The notes: generated by a model from the letters alone, not told the origin. Counted from the first letter of the stretch, positions 45,496 through 55,856 are shown. The stretch is DNA of 64,000 nucleotides from an uncultured Chloracidobacterium sp. (GCA_937966115.1 CALCKX010000002.1:19988-83987), one strand, 5' to 3'. Translations and numbers: made by a program.

Positions 45496-46398
45496 ATGTC
45501 GTTCTACCTTGCGCAGGCGACCATTCCGCCCGACGCCGCGGACGCCGTCGGCGAAGCCCTCTGGCAAGCCGGGGCGGAGGGCATCGAAACGCTCGCTGAA
45601 ACCGAAGCGGCGCTCACCCTGCGGGCGTCCTTTTCAGTCGCGCCGGGCGCTTCCGCGCTTCAAGCGGCGCTCGAGCGGACGCTGGCGGCATTCGGCTACC
45701 CAGCCGAGCGCTTGCGAGATTTTTCAGTCGAGCAGCGACCTTGCGAAGATTGGCTGGCGAAGTGGAAAGCCGACTGGAAGGCGCAGCCAGTCGGCCGACG
45801 CTGGCTCGTTGTTCCGCCGTGGCGACGCGCCGAAGCCCGCGCGCAGCCCGACTGGGCGGAACGAATCCACCTCGACATCGAACCCGGGATGGCTTTTGGC
45901 ACAGGCACCCACGAAACGACCCGCGCCTGCCTGATCCTGCTCGAAGACCTGCCGACGCCGCCTCGGGCCGTCGCGGATGTCGGCACCGGAACCGGCATCT
46001 TGGCCATCGCCGCCGCCAAGCTCTTCGCCCAAGCCGATTGCGAAGCCTGCGATACCGACCCCGACGCAGTTGCCATCGCCATCGAAAACGCTCGCCTCAA
46101 CGGCGTCGAGGAGCGCATCCGACTCGCGGTCGGAAGCGCGACGGATTATCCCGACCGCCGCTTCGATCTGGCGCTGGCCAACCTCACTGCGGAAGTCATC
46201 GCGTCGCTAGCGCCAGAGCTGGCGCGCATGCTGCGGCCCGGAGGGAAGCTCATCGCGGCCGGGGTGTTGCAGGAGCGACGGGCCGGCGCGCTGGCCGCGC
46301 TGGAAGCCGTCGGACTTAGAATCGTCGCCGAACGCGCCGATGGCGAATGGTGGGCCGGCTTGGCTCAGGCGGCCGCCCATCCGCGGGCGCGACGATGA
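45496..46398 (+). CDS. prmA: Ribosomal protein L11 methyltransferase
   Basis: 'EDW...WK', 'VVPPW', 'EPGMAFGTGTHETT', 'DVGTGTGILA', 'ANL'. Alternative TTG start at 45472. Confidence 0.93.
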   Translation: MSFYLAQATIPPDAADAVGEALWQAGAEGIETLAETEAALTLRASFSVAPGASALQAALERTLAAFGYPAERLRDFSVEQRPCEDWLAKWKADWKAQPVGRRWLVVPPWRRAEARAQPDWAERIHLDIEPGMAFGTGTHETTRACLILLEDLPTPPRAVADVGTGTGILAIAAAKLFAQADCEACDTDPDAVAIAIENARLNGVEERIRLAVGSATDYPDRRFDLALANLTAEVIASLAPELARMLRPGGKLIAAGVLQERRAGALAALEAVGLRIVAERADGEWWAGLAQAAAHPRARR

Positions 46399-46407
46399 GA
46401 CTGGCGG

Positions 46408-48042
46408 CTAATCCACGCCGGCATACGAGTGCAAGCCCGGCAGCAGAAAGCTGACGCCCAGATACGTGAACAGCACGAAGATAAAGCCCAGGACGGCAAA
46501 GTAAGCCGAGGCGCGCCCTTTCCATCCGTGGACAATCCGCGTGTGAAGGTAGCCGGCATACGCCAGCCAAGTGACCAGCGCCCAGGTTTCTTTCGGATCC
46601 CAGCTCCAGTATGTGCCCCACGACTCATTCGCCCATACCGCGCCCGTCACTAGCATCATCAGCAGCAACGGAAAGGCGACCGAGACGGTTTTGTAGGTCA
46701 GGTCGTCCAGCGCGTCCAAGCCGGGGAGCTTTTCCAGCATGGGGCGACCGCGCCAGGCAAAGAGCGCGACAAACGCCGTGCAGGCGATGAGGGTCAAAAT
46801 GGCGGCCAGCTCGACCGGATTCGAGTTGAAGCCAATCTCCAGGCCGCCGGCGTTTTGACTGAGCCAGCGCTCCCCTTCCGCTTTCAACTGCTGCGGCGCG
46901 AGGGTCGCCGGGTCAATGTCCGAGCGCTTCGCCAGCCACGCGCCAAAGGCCTGATGCTGATCTGGGCTGATGGCCTGCTTGATGTCCATGGGCGATTTCA
47001 TCTGATAGAAAATCGCGCCGAAAACCAGCGCTTGCACGATCAGCGCCGCGACCATGAGGCGATTACCCCACTGCCGCGCCAGCTCCTCCTGACGAAAGCA
47101 GTAAACCGCCAAGGCGATGCCCGCCGCCGCATAGACCAGCCAGCCAAAGAGCATCAGCGTCCCGACGCCGGGCAGCGTCGCCCGCAGCGAGCCGCCGCCG
47201 GACAGATTCAGCCCGCTGCCCATCCACCGGACGCCCAAGCCGTACGCGCCCGTCGTCAGCACTTTGTAGTCGCCAATCGTCGCGTAAGTCGCCAGGCCAA
47301 AGACCGCTACGCACAGCGCCATGCTCTCGATTCGGACGCCATCCTTGAGCAGATACAGCACGGCAATCCCGAAGCTGACCAGACACACGCCGTAGCTGAT
47401 CGCGGCGATGCTGACGTGAATCGGCCGCCAGTAGCTCCGTAAAATCGGTTGGAGCGTGGTCACTTCGCTGCCCAAGAACACGACGAGCGTCAGCGTGAGC
47501 GCCGCCAGCGGCATCGTTACCGCGCCAATGAAGCGATACTTGTCGCGCGTCGCGATGATCAGGCTAGAGAGAACCGCGAAGCCTGTGAATGCCAGCCCGA
47601 TGTCGTAGAGATTGTTGAGCGGGTAGGTGTGCGAGATTTTCTCCATCAGCGGCAGCGCGTGCCAGATAGCCTGCATGGCGGGCTTGGTCTTCTCGAACTC
47701 GACGTATTCAATCCACCGCGCGCCCCAGGCCGCCAGGTTCATCGCGTAGCCAAAAGCCATAACGCCAAGGCCAAGGCGCAGTAGCAGCGACTCGCGCCCC
47801 AGCATCCACATCACGAACGCGGCGGTCGCGCCCAAGTAGGCTAGCAACGCCAGGACCGTCAGGTTGCCTTCTTTCAAGAAGGACGGCGCCATCCCGGAAG
47901 CGCGCGCCAACACCAGAATGGTCGCCGCGACAATCGGGAGGACGAACAGCAAGCTCCGCGGCCAAGCCGATTGGGCTTCTGACGAAGAAGGCGCGGATGA
48001 CGACGGGAGAGAGGACTCTAGTTTGAGCGCGTCAGTGGACAT
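46408..48042 (-). CDS. ccsA: Cytochrome c biogenesis system II protein CcsA/ResC (extended)
   Basis: 'PLNNLY', 'LQP.LRSYW..IHV', WWD domain 'GAVWANESWGTYWSWDPKETW', 'YLH.R', 'GLHSYA'. Confidence 0.92.
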   Translation of the reverse strand: MSTDALKLESSLPSSSAPSSSEAQSAWPRSLLFVLPIVAATILVLARASGMAPSFLKEGNLTVLALLAYLGATAAFVMWMLGRESLLLRLGLGVMAFGYAMNLAAWGARWIEYVEFEKTKPAMQAIWHALPLMEKISHTYPLNNLYDIGLAFTGFAVLSSLIIATRDKYRFIGAVTMPLAALTLTLVVFLGSEVTTLQPILRSYWRPIHVSIAAISYGVCLVSFGIAVLYLLKDGVRIESMALCVAVFGLATYATIGDYKVLTTGAYGLGVRWMGSGLNLSGGGSLRATLPGVGTLMLFGWLVYAAAGIALAVYCFRQEELARQWGNRLMVAALIVQALVFGAIFYQMKSPMDIKQAISPDQHQAFGAWLAKRSDIDPATLAPQQLKAEGERWLSQNAGGLEIGFNSNPVELAAILTLIACTAFVALFAWRGRPMLEKLPGLDALDDLTYKTVSVAFPLLLMMLVTGAVWANESWGTYWSWDPKETWALVTWLAYAGYLHTRIVHGWKGRASAYFAVLGFIFVLFTYLGVSFLLPGLHSYAGVD

Positions 48043-48318
48043 GGCACATCCTTGATGCGTAAGGGCTGAAGCGAGCGAAAAACGTTCAGGGGGTGACGCC
48101 CGAAGCGCGCGCCTGGCGGCGTCGCTCGATTGGAAGCGTTTGAAACTATACCGAGCGCATCCCGGGGCGGCAACCCATGGCTGGCGCTTTGCCCGCGCCG
48201 GGCGCGCGCCAGAGCGCTCGGCGTTGGGCGGCTTTGCGCGCCCCCGGACCTGCGTGCTATAGGCCAGGTCAGCTTTGACCCGATACCTTTCGACCCGACA
48301 CCTAAGGACAGAAGGCGC

Positions 48319-49326
48319 ATGGCAATTTTCATCACGGGCGGCGCGGGTTTCATCGGCTCGGCTTTCATTCGGACTTGGCTGAAGCGGTATCCGACCGACG
48401 CCGTCATCAACTTTGACAAGCTAACCTACGCCGGCAACCTCGACAACGTGGCCGAAGTCGCCGATTATCCGGGCTACCAGTTTGCGCGCGGCGACATTTG
48501 CGACGCCGAGGCGCTGCGGGCGGCCATGCCTGACGGCTGTGACGCGATTGTCCATTTCGCGGCCGAATCGCATGTGGATCGCAGCATCCTGAGCGCCCGC
48601 GAGTTCATTTCGACGAACGTGCTGGGCACGCAGGCGCTGCTCGATGTCGCCCGGGAAAAAGGCGCCCGCCGCTTCCTGCACATCTCGACCGACGAAGTTG
48701 GCGGCAGCATTCCCGAGGGACAGCTTTTCGCGGAGGATTCGCCGCTTGCGCCCAGCAGCCCCTATGCCGCGAGCAAAGCCGCCGCGGAACACCTCGTCCG
48801 CGCCGCGGCGCATACGTTCGGGCTGGATGCGGTCATCATTCGCGCGAGCAACAACTATGGACCTTACCAGTTCCCGGAAAAGCTCATCCCGCTGGCGCTG
48901 ACCAACGCGCTCGAGGACCACCCAATTCCCATCTATGGCGATGGTCAGCAAGTGCGAGACTGGATTCACGTTGAAGACCACTGCGCCGCGCTGCGGGTGG
49001 CGCTGGAAAAAGGTCGGCCAGGCGCGACCTACCACATCGGCGGGCGATCGCCGCTGTCCAATCGCGCGCTGCTCACGACCCTGCTCGACTTGCTCGGCAA
49101 GCCGACCTCGCTGCTGACGGAAGTCGCGGATCGCCTTGGTCATGACCGGCGTTACGCAGTGGATTGCTCAAAAATCGAGCGCGAGCTGGGGTGGCGGCCC
49201 GAGATCGCCCTTGCGGAGGGCCTGGCGCAAACCGTCTCCTGGTACCGCGAGCATACCGCTTGGGTGGCGCGCGCTCGGAGCGGGGCCTACCGCCAGTATT
49301 ACGCCCAGGTGTATGGCGCGTTGTAA
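48319..49326 (+). CDS. rfbB: dTDP-glucose 4,6-dehydratase
   Basis: TGGAGFIGS, DKLTYAGN, HFAAESHVDRSI, STDEV, YAASK, NNYGPYQFPEKLIP, GHDRRYA. Confidence 0.95.
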   Translation: MAIFITGGAGFIGSAFIRTWLKRYPTDAVINFDKLTYAGNLDNVAEVADYPGYQFARGDICDAEALRAAMPDGCDAIVHFAAESHVDRSILSAREFISTNVLGTQALLDVAREKGARRFLHISTDEVGGSIPEGQLFAEDSPLAPSSPYAASKAAAEHLVRAAAHTFGLDAVIIRASNNYGPYQFPEKLIPLALTNALEDHPIPIYGDGQQVRDWIHVEDHCAALRVALEKGRPGATYHIGGRSPLSNRALLTTLLDLLGKPTSLLTEVADRLGHDRRYAVDCSKIERELGWRPEIALAEGLAQTVSWYREHTAWVARARSGAYRQYYAQVYGAL

Positions 49327-49463
49327 GCGAATGGCCTCACACCCAAGACGGCGGCAGAAACCACAGATGGGGCTTCCCGACGTGGCAGTGCAACGACCGC
49401 GCGATGAGATTGCCCCACGGCATCGAAAGCCAAAACGTCAATCGCGGCAATGGCAACATAGGC

Positions 49464-50582
49464 TTACCGACCTCCTGCGACGCAAGCTTCAATGTGGGCC
49501 AGACGGGCGTCGAGGCTGGGCAGCGGATGAAACACCTGCTGCTTGCCGCCGGCAATATCCGGCTGAGCGCGGTTGATCTCCGCCAGCGTCGCCAGCGTTT
49601 CGCGTAACGTCTGGGGATCGCCCCCGTTGTCAAGGTAAAATTTATCCGCCGCCAGCACGCTCCGCCTTCCAAGCGCGGGCAGCGCAAACAGTCCCGCGAA
49701 GCTCCACCAAGTCAGGCCAACCGCGAGGACCAGCATATCCGCCGCGCCGCCAGTCGCGGCCCAGTCCGTCAGCGCCGCCGCGAAAGCCAGCCCGACGGCC
49801 AGCCAGAGACTCGAGACGACGACGCCCAACGTCCGGTGGCCGGTCTGGCGATGGCCGATTTCGCGGATGATCAGACAGGCCACCTGTTCCGCCCGCAGCT
49901 TGTCGAGCGTGGTCTGGCTCAGCCACAGGCGCGTCGTTGGCCCCCATCCGACAAGGCCGCCATTGACCGCCTCATCGTCATCGCCGGTAAAGACAGCGAT
50001 CCGTGGCGCGTCGGCCCGGAGCGCGGGCGGCACGGCAGCGAGCGCCGAGCCAGCGTCAGCCGAGCCACCGTCAGCCGAGCCAGCGTCAGCCGAGCGGAAG
50101 CAAATGACCGGCGGCAGCAGAAAGGGCTGTAAGAACGCCAGCCCCAAGGAAACGAGCGCGACCAGAGCGGCCGCCGCCCATCCCCAGCCGCTCGGCAGCC
50201 ATTCGCGCAGTTGCCATAGAGCGGTCAGGCCGAGAACAAACATCGCTCCCTGCGCGCTCACGCCAATTCCATAGGCCACTAGCCACTGACGCAGCGTCCG
50301 GCGCGTCATGCCGAAGCTGCGCTCGGAAGCCCAGCCGGTCAGCAAATCGAGGGGGAAGTTGAGCGCGGCGTAGAGGACGTAAAAGACGCTGAAGCCAAGC
50401 GCCGCCATCCAGAGCGAAGGTCGGCTGTCAACGCCCAGCCCCTGAAACAAGGCCACGTGCAAGCCGGCCAGAACGAAGATCGTGAAAAATAGCAAATTCC
50501 AGCCAATCGAGCCGATGCCGCTCCAGAGGCGAAAATCCTGGTAGGCGCGTCCCGCCGTTAGCAGAGCCGTCCGATTCGCCAT
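49464..50582 (-). CDS. Peptidase M48 (Ste24/HtpX)-like membrane protein with degenerate zinc motifs
   Basis: TMs; 'NGGLVGWG.T.RLWLS.T.L', 'IIREIGH', 'AD', 'HPLPSLDARL'. Confidence 0.7.
   Translation of the reverse strand: MANRTALLTAGRAYQDFRLWSGIGSIGWNLLFFTIFVLAGLHVALFQGLGVDSRPSLWMAALGFSVFYVLYAALNFPLDLLTGWASERSFGMTRRTLRQWLVAYGIGVSAQGAMFVLGLTALWQLREWLPSGWGWAAAALVALVSLGLAFLQPFLLPPVICFRSADAGSADGGSADAGSALAAVPPALRADAPRIAVFTGDDDEAVNGGLVGWGPTTRLWLSQTTLDKLRAEQVACLIIREIGHRQTGHRTLGVVVSSLWLAVGLAFAAALTDWAATGGAADMLVLAVGLTWWSFAGLFALPALGRRSVLAADKFYLDNGGDPQTLRETLATLAEINRAQPDIAGGKQQVFHPLPSLDARLAHIEACVAGGR
50044..50095 (-). repeat. 15-bp x3.5 coding tandem repeat (SADAG/SADGG)
   Basis: gccgagccagcgtca / gccgagccaccgtca / gccgagccagcgtca / gccgagc. 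Confidence 0.9.
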
Positions 50583-50715
50583 AAACGGTGATGCAAAAGG
50601 CCGCAAGGGATAGCGCGAGGAGGGAGGCGCGCATTCTCGCCTGTCCCTGGCGGGCGCGCAACTTGGTTTTCCCAGCGACCGGCGAGGCCAGCCTGCGCGA
50701 CGCGGATTTTTTCCG

Positions 50716-50744
50716 TTGCATTACAAGTCGGTTCGGCCTAGAGT
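50716..50744 (+). promoter_or_regulatory. Putative sigma-70 promoter of the fad operon
   Basis: -35 TTGCAT (50716-50721), 17-nt spacer, -10 TAGAGT (50739-50744). Confidence 0.65.
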
Positions 50745-50745
50745 T

Positions 50746-50765
50746 CTGAATGATGGTTCATTCAG
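50746..50765. promoter_or_regulatory. FadR (YsiA-type TetR) operator palindrome
   Basis: CTGAATGA-TGGT-TCATTCAG is a perfect 8-bp inverted repeat resembling the B. subtilis FadR box TGAATGAnnnnTCATTCA; it lies just downstream of the -10. Confidence 0.85.
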
Positions 50766-50833
50766 CGCGCGATCCCGACGCGCGCTCCGCGTCCTGATAA
50801 CTTCGCACAACGTCTCAGACAAGGTTTGCCGCC

Positions 50834-51514
50834 ATGGCGCGACAGGTGGCCGCCCGGGCGGCCGACAAACCATCCGTTAGGCCATCCGTTCCCGCTCCGA
50901 AGGGCGAGAATGGCAAGCATGACGCCATCCTGCGCGCGGCTATCTCGGTTTTCGCTCGAAACGGTTACTTCAACTCGAAGGTGTCCGACGTGGCGCGTGA
51001 AGCCGGGGTTGCCGACGGCACGGTGTACCTCTACTTCAAGAACAAGGACGATCTGCTTTTTTCCATCATCACGGAGATGCTGGATTCCTTCATCGCCCAC
51101 GTTCGCGCCGCGATTGCCCCGCTGCCGAGCCCGCTCGCCCAACTGCGCGAGATTGCCCGGCTGCATCTGGACATGCTGGGCCGCGACCGGGATTTGGCGG
51201 TGGTGTTTGAAGTTGAGATTCGGCACTCGACCAAGTTCATGGAGGAGTTCTCGACCAAGAAGCTCAGCGAATACCTGGACCTTATCCAGCAAGTCATCGA
51301 GGCCGGGCAGCGCGCCGGCGAGTTTCGCCCCGGCATCAACCCGCGCATCGCCACGAAGGTGTTCTTTGGCGCGCTCGACGAAATGGCGACTAACTGGATT
51401 CTGAGCCGGCGGGGCAAGCCGCTGGCGGAGGCGGTCGAGCCGGTGCTCGATCTCCTGCTCCACGGCTTCGCGCCCAATGGAGCTTCGCAACCCGTGTCGC
51501 TCAGCGAGGAATGA
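50834..51514 (+). CDS. fadR: TetR-family fatty-acid degradation repressor (Bacillus FadR/YsiA type)
   Basis: 'VAREAGVADGTVYLYFKNKDDLL', 'DLAVVFEVEIRHS', 'FGALDEMATNW'; heads the beta-oxidation genes. Confidence 0.88.
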   Translation: MARQVAARAADKPSVRPSVPAPKGENGKHDAILRAAISVFARNGYFNSKVSDVAREAGVADGTVYLYFKNKDDLLFSIITEMLDSFIAHVRAAIAPLPSPLAQLREIARLHLDMLGRDRDLAVVFEVEIRHSTKFMEEFSTKKLSEYLDLIQQVIEAGQRAGEFRPGINPRIATKVFFGALDEMATNWILSRRGKPLAEAVEPVLDLLLHGFAPNGASQPVSLSEE

Positions 51515-51517
51515 ACC

Positions 51518-53365
51518 ATGGCTTACGGAACGTCCCCTTCCGCGGCAAAACAACCGACGACGCTTTGCGAGGCTTACGCGGCGGCTATCCGCAACCATGC
51601 CAAGGAAGACGCTTTCGCCTACAAGCGCGATGGACAATGGGTCAAGGTCTCCCATGCGAGCTTCGCCGAGCAAGTTCGCAAGATTCGCGCCGGCTTCCGC
51701 GCCCTTGGCATTCAGCGGGGCGACCGCGTCGGGCTGCTTTCTGAAAATCGCCTGGAGTGGACGATTACGGATGTAGCGCTGCTGAGCTGCGGAGCGGTGG
51801 ACGTGCCGATTTACGCCACCTCGACCAGCGAGCAAATCGCCTACATCCTCAACGACGCCGGCGCGGAAGCCCTGGCGCTGTCGAGCCAAAAACAATTCGA
51901 TAAGGTGGCGGCCGCCATCGGCGAGCTGCCCCAACTGAAGTTCATCATCGCCTTCGACCCGGTGACCGTGACGACGGCGCTGCCGGCGCGGGTGAAAGTC
52001 CTGACCTTCGAAGAGCTGGCGCAGCTTGGCGACCGCGGCCCGGTCGGCGACTTTATTGACGAGATGGCCCGCGCCGCCGCGCCCGACGACTTGGCAACGC
52101 TCATTTACACCTCGGGCACCACTGGCGATCCGAAGGGCGTCATGCTCACGCATGACAACCTGACCTTCAACCTGGTGGCGAATGTCGAGCGTCTGACCGA
52201 CCTCGGGCCGGACGATATCGCGCTTTCGTACCTGCCGCTCTCGCACGTCTATGAGCGAACGGTCATGAACGTCTTCGTTTATTCCGGCGTCTCGATGTAT
52301 TTCGCCGAAAGCGTGGATGCCGTCGCGCAAAACCTCATGGAAGTCAAGCCGACGGTGATGACGAGCGTGCCGCGCATTTTCGAGAAGATTCTGGCCAAAA
52401 TCGAAGACGAAGGGCGCCGGGCCGGCGGCGTCAAGACCAAGCTGTTCACGTGGGCGCTCCAGACCGGGCGCGCCTATTCCCGCGCCCAGCACCAAGGCGG
52501 CGCGCCGCCGCTGCTGTCGCTTCAGTACGACATCGCGCGGGCGCTGGTGCTGTCTAAAATCAAGAATAAAATCGCGCCCCGCGTGAAGTTTTTCTCCTCC
52601 GGCGGGGCGGCGCTGGCCGAAGACGTGATGCATGCCTTTTCGGCCATGGAACTCACGATTTTGCAGGGCTACGGCCTGACGGAAACATCCCCGGTCATCA
52701 CCTCCAACACCAAGCATGAAAACCGGCCCGGCACGGTCGGCAAGCCGCTGAAAGGCGTCGAAATCAAAATCGCGCCCGATGGCGAGATTCTCACTCGCGG
52801 GCGGCACGTCATGCGCGGGTACTACAACAAGCCTGACAAGACCGCCGAAGTCTTCACGCCAGACGGCTGGTTTCGCACCGGCGACATCGGCGAAATCGAC
52901 GTCGACGGCTTTTTGCGCATCACCGATCGCAAGAAAGACCTGTTCAAAACATCGGGCGGCAAATACGTCGCGCCCCAGCCCATTGAAAACGCGCTGACGA
53001 CTTCGCCGCATATCGCGCAGGCGGTGGTGGTCGGCAACGGGCGGAAATTTCCTGGCGCGCTCATCGTGCCGACGCCCTCGACCATCGAGGCGCTGGCGCG
53101 CGAGGCCGGCGTGGCTTCAGCCAGCTACAAGGAGCAGCTCAGGCATCCCAGAATCCTCGACTTTTACCGGCGGGAAGTCGACCGCCTGACGCCCCGCCTC
53201 GCGCCCTGGGAAAAAATCAAGAACATCGCCCTGCTCGAAAGCGAGCTGACAATTGAAAGCGGCGAGCTGACGCCCACGCTCAAAGTCAAGCGGCGAGTCG
53301 TGGACGAGAAATACAAAGCCGAAATTGACTCGATTTACAGCGAGAGCGCGGCGGCGGCCGGCTGA
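51518..53365 (+). CDS. fadD: Long-chain fatty acyl-CoA synthetase
   Basis: YTSGTTGDPKG, LPLSHVYER, QGYGLTE, TGDIG, DRKKDLFKTSGGKYVAPQ, LTPTLKVKR. Confidence 0.93.
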   Translation: MAYGTSPSAAKQPTTLCEAYAAAIRNHAKEDAFAYKRDGQWVKVSHASFAEQVRKIRAGFRALGIQRGDRVGLLSENRLEWTITDVALLSCGAVDVPIYATSTSEQIAYILNDAGAEALALSSQKQFDKVAAAIGELPQLKFIIAFDPVTVTTALPARVKVLTFEELAQLGDRGPVGDFIDEMARAAAPDDLATLIYTSGTTGDPKGVMLTHDNLTFNLVANVERLTDLGPDDIALSYLPLSHVYERTVMNVFVYSGVSMYFAESVDAVAQNLMEVKPTVMTSVPRIFEKILAKIEDEGRRAGGVKTKLFTWALQTGRAYSRAQHQGGAPPLLSLQYDIARALVLSKIKNKIAPRVKFFSSGGAALAEDVMHAFSAMELTILQGYGLTETSPVITSNTKHENRPGTVGKPLKGVEIKIAPDGEILTRGRHVMRGYYNKPDKTAEVFTPDGWFRTGDIGEIDVDGFLRITDRKKDLFKTSGGKYVAPQPIENALTTSPHIAQAVVVGNGRKFPGALIVPTPSTIEALAREAGVASASYKEQLRHPRILDFYRREVDRLTPRLAPWEKIKNIALLESELTIESGELTPTLKVKRRVVDEKYKAEIDSIYSESAAAAG

Positions 53366-53431
53366 CTTCAGCCAGCTTCCCGACCCGGCGGGCGCGACAA
53401 GCGACATTCAACCTTGGAAGGGTATGTGATT

Positions 53432-55813
53432 ATGGCTCGTAAAATGGAAAAGGCGGCGGTGCTCGGCGCGGGCGTCATGGGCGCGCAGATTGCGGCGCAC
53501 CTTGCCAACGCCGGCATTCCCGTGGCTTTGCTCGACATTGTTCCGCCCGATGCGCCGCCGGAGGCGGACGCCAAAACGCGCAGCCGCTTCGCGCTTTCCG
53601 CTCTTGAGAAAATGCACAAGCTCAAGCCGGCGCCCTTTTTTCTTGCCAGCCACGCTTCGCGCATTCGGGCCGGCAATTTCGAGGACCACCTCGAATGGCT
53701 CGCGGACGCCGACTGGATCATCGAGGCCGTCACCGAAAGCCTGCCCATCAAGCGGGCGCTTTACGAAAAGATCGAGCCGTTCCGCAAGCCGGGCAGCCTC
53801 ATCACGTCCAACACCTCGGGCATTCCCATCGCCTCGCTGGCGCAGGGCCGGTCAGACGACTTCCGGCGGAACTTCCTGGGAACGCATTTCTTCAATCCGC
53901 CGCGCTACATGTATCTCGTCGAGCTGATTCGGACGCCCGACACCGATCCGGAAGCCGCCTGTTTCGCCTCCAAGCTGTGCGACGAGCTGCTCGGCAAGGG
54001 CATTGTCTATGCCAACGACCGGCCCAACTTCATCGCCAATCGCATCGGCATCTACGGCTTCATGCGAACGATCCAAGTCATGATGGAGATAGGGCTTTCG
54101 ATTACCGAAGTGGATAAAATGACCGGCCCCGCCATCGGTCGCCCCAACAGCGCGACCTTCCGCACCGGCGATCTTTCGGGGCTGGATACGACGGTCGCCG
54201 TCGCGCAGACCGTTTACGAAACCATCCCGGACGACGAGTGCCGAGCGATCTTCATCCCGCCGGATTTCATCCGCCAGATGGTCGAGCGCCGCTGGGTGGG
54301 CGACAAGGCCGGACAGGGCTTCTACAAGCGCGTCCAGACCGAGACTGGGCGCGAGATTTACGAGCTGGACTACCGTGCCCTGGATTACCGCCCGCAGCCC
54401 AAGGTCGCCTTCCCTTCCCTCGAGGAAGCCAAGCGCATCGGCGATGCGCGGGAGCGGCTGCGCTTCCTTGTCAACGGTCAAGACAAGGTCGGTCAATTTC
54501 TGTGGTCGGTTCTGGGCGACGCGCTGGCGTATGCCGCCAACCGGATTCCCGAAATCACCGATGACTTGGTCCAGGTGGACCGGGCGATGAAGTGGGGCTA
54601 CAACTGGGAGCTGGGTCCCTTTGAGACCTGGGACGCGCTGGGCGTCGCCGAGACCGTTAAGCGCCTGGAGGCCGACGGCAAGCCGATCCCGCCGCTGGTC
54701 GCCGATCTGCTCGCGGCGGGCAAGTCGAGCTTTTACGACGCGAGCAGCCCGCAGACCGTCGTATTCGTTCCGGCGCAAAAGGCTTACGCGCCAGTCAGCG
54801 ACCGGAGCGGCGTGATTTTGCTCAAGTCGGTCAAGGAGCGCGTCGGCGTCATCAAGAAAAACGCGGGCGCATCGCTCATTGACCTTGGCGATGGCGTGGC
54901 CTGCCTGGAGTTTCACGCCAAGATGAACGCGCTTGGCGCGGATATGATCAGCCTGATCCAGTTCGCCATCAAGGAAGTCGCGCAGAACTTCGTCGGGCTG
55001 GTCGTCGGCAACCAGGGCGAGAACTTCAGCGCCGGCGCGAATCTCATGATGATGCTGATGGGCGCCCAGGAAGGCGAGTGGGATGAGCTCAACCAGGCCA
55101 TTCGGACGTTCCAGAACGCGGTCATGTCGCTGCGCTACTCGCCCAAGCCGACGGTGGTCGCCCCGTTTGGGCTGACGCTGGGCGGCGGCTGCGAAATGAC
55201 GCTCCACGCTGACCGCGTCCGGGCTTCGGCTGAAAGCTATATCGGACTGGTCGAAGTCGGCGTCGGGCTGCTTCCGGCGGGCGGCGGAACTAAGGAAATG
55301 CTCCTGCGCTGCGCCGACCGGGCGCGCGGCACCGAGGCCGACCTGATGGCTTTCGTCAAGGAGGCCTTTCAAAACATCATGCTGGCCAAGACCTCGACCA
55401 GCGCCGAGGAAGCGCGCGCGCTCGGCTACTTGCGCCCGACCGACGGCATTACGATGAACCGCGACCGCCTCATCGCCGATGCGAAGCAAACTGTTCTGGC
55501 GCTGGCGCTGGAGGGCTACCGGCAGCCGGCGATGCGAACGGACATTCCGGCGCTCGGCGAGTCGGGGCTGGCCACGCTCAAGCTTGGGCTGCACCAGATG
55601 GTTCGCGCCGGCTACGCCACCGAGCATGACGCGCTCATCGGCGCGAAGGTAGCCAAGGTGCTGACTGGCGGCGACCTCAACCATCCCAGCGTTGTTTCGG
55701 AACAAGACCTGCTCGATTTGGAGCGAGAAGGCTTTTTGAGCTTGCTAGGCGAGCGCAAAACGCAGGAACGCATTCAGCATACGCTCAAAACCGGCAAGCC
55801 GCTGCGCAACTAG
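53432..55813 (+). CDS. fadN: 3-hydroxyacyl-CoA dehydrogenase/enoyl-CoA hydratase (FadN/YusL type)
   Basis: GAGVMG, EAVTE, SNTSG, HFFNPPRY, FIANRIG; C-terminal crotonase 'FSAGANL', 'LGGGCE'; ends 'TGKPLRN'. Confidence 0.93.
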   Translation: MARKMEKAAVLGAGVMGAQIAAHLANAGIPVALLDIVPPDAPPEADAKTRSRFALSALEKMHKLKPAPFFLASHASRIRAGNFEDHLEWLADADWIIEAVTESLPIKRALYEKIEPFRKPGSLITSNTSGIPIASLAQGRSDDFRRNFLGTHFFNPPRYMYLVELIRTPDTDPEAACFASKLCDELLGKGIVYANDRPNFIANRIGIYGFMRTIQVMMEIGLSITEVDKMTGPAIGRPNSATFRTGDLSGLDTTVAVAQTVYETIPDDECRAIFIPPDFIRQMVERRWVGDKAGQGFYKRVQTETGREIYELDYRALDYRPQPKVAFPSLEEAKRIGDARERLRFLVNGQDKVGQFLWSVLGDALAYAANRIPEITDDLVQVDRAMKWGYNWELGPFETWDALGVAETVKRLEADGKPIPPLVADLLAAGKSSFYDASSPQTVVFVPAQKAYAPVSDRSGVILLKSVKERVGVIKKNAGASLIDLGDGVACLEFHAKMNALGADMISLIQFAIKEVAQNFVGLVVGNQGENFSAGANLMMMLMGAQEGEWDELNQAIRTFQNAVMSLRYSPKPTVVAPFGLTLGGGCEMTLHADRVRASAESYIGLVEVGVGLLPAGGGTKEMLLRCADRARGTEADLMAFVKEAFQNIMLAKTSTSAEEARALGYLRPTDGITMNRDRLIADAKQTVLALALEGYRQPAMRTDIPALGESGLATLKLGLHQMVRAGYATEHDALIGAKVAKVLTGGDLNHPSVVSEQDLLDLEREGFLSLLGERKTQERIQHTLKTGKPLRN

Positions 55814-55856
55814 GCCGGCGACTGACGCCGCATCTTGCTTACCCTGTGGAGGCCTT

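Noticed and set aside
48684-48710. RfbB 'STDEVGG' instead of 'STDEVYG', and SurE 'NDDS' instead of 'NDDG'
   Set aside because: Single substitutions with the catalytic residues intact; not enough to claim altered function.
50044-50095. Short tandem repeats as CRISPR arrays (also 23973, 38129, 4669)
   Set aside because: No spacers, units too short, no cas genes.
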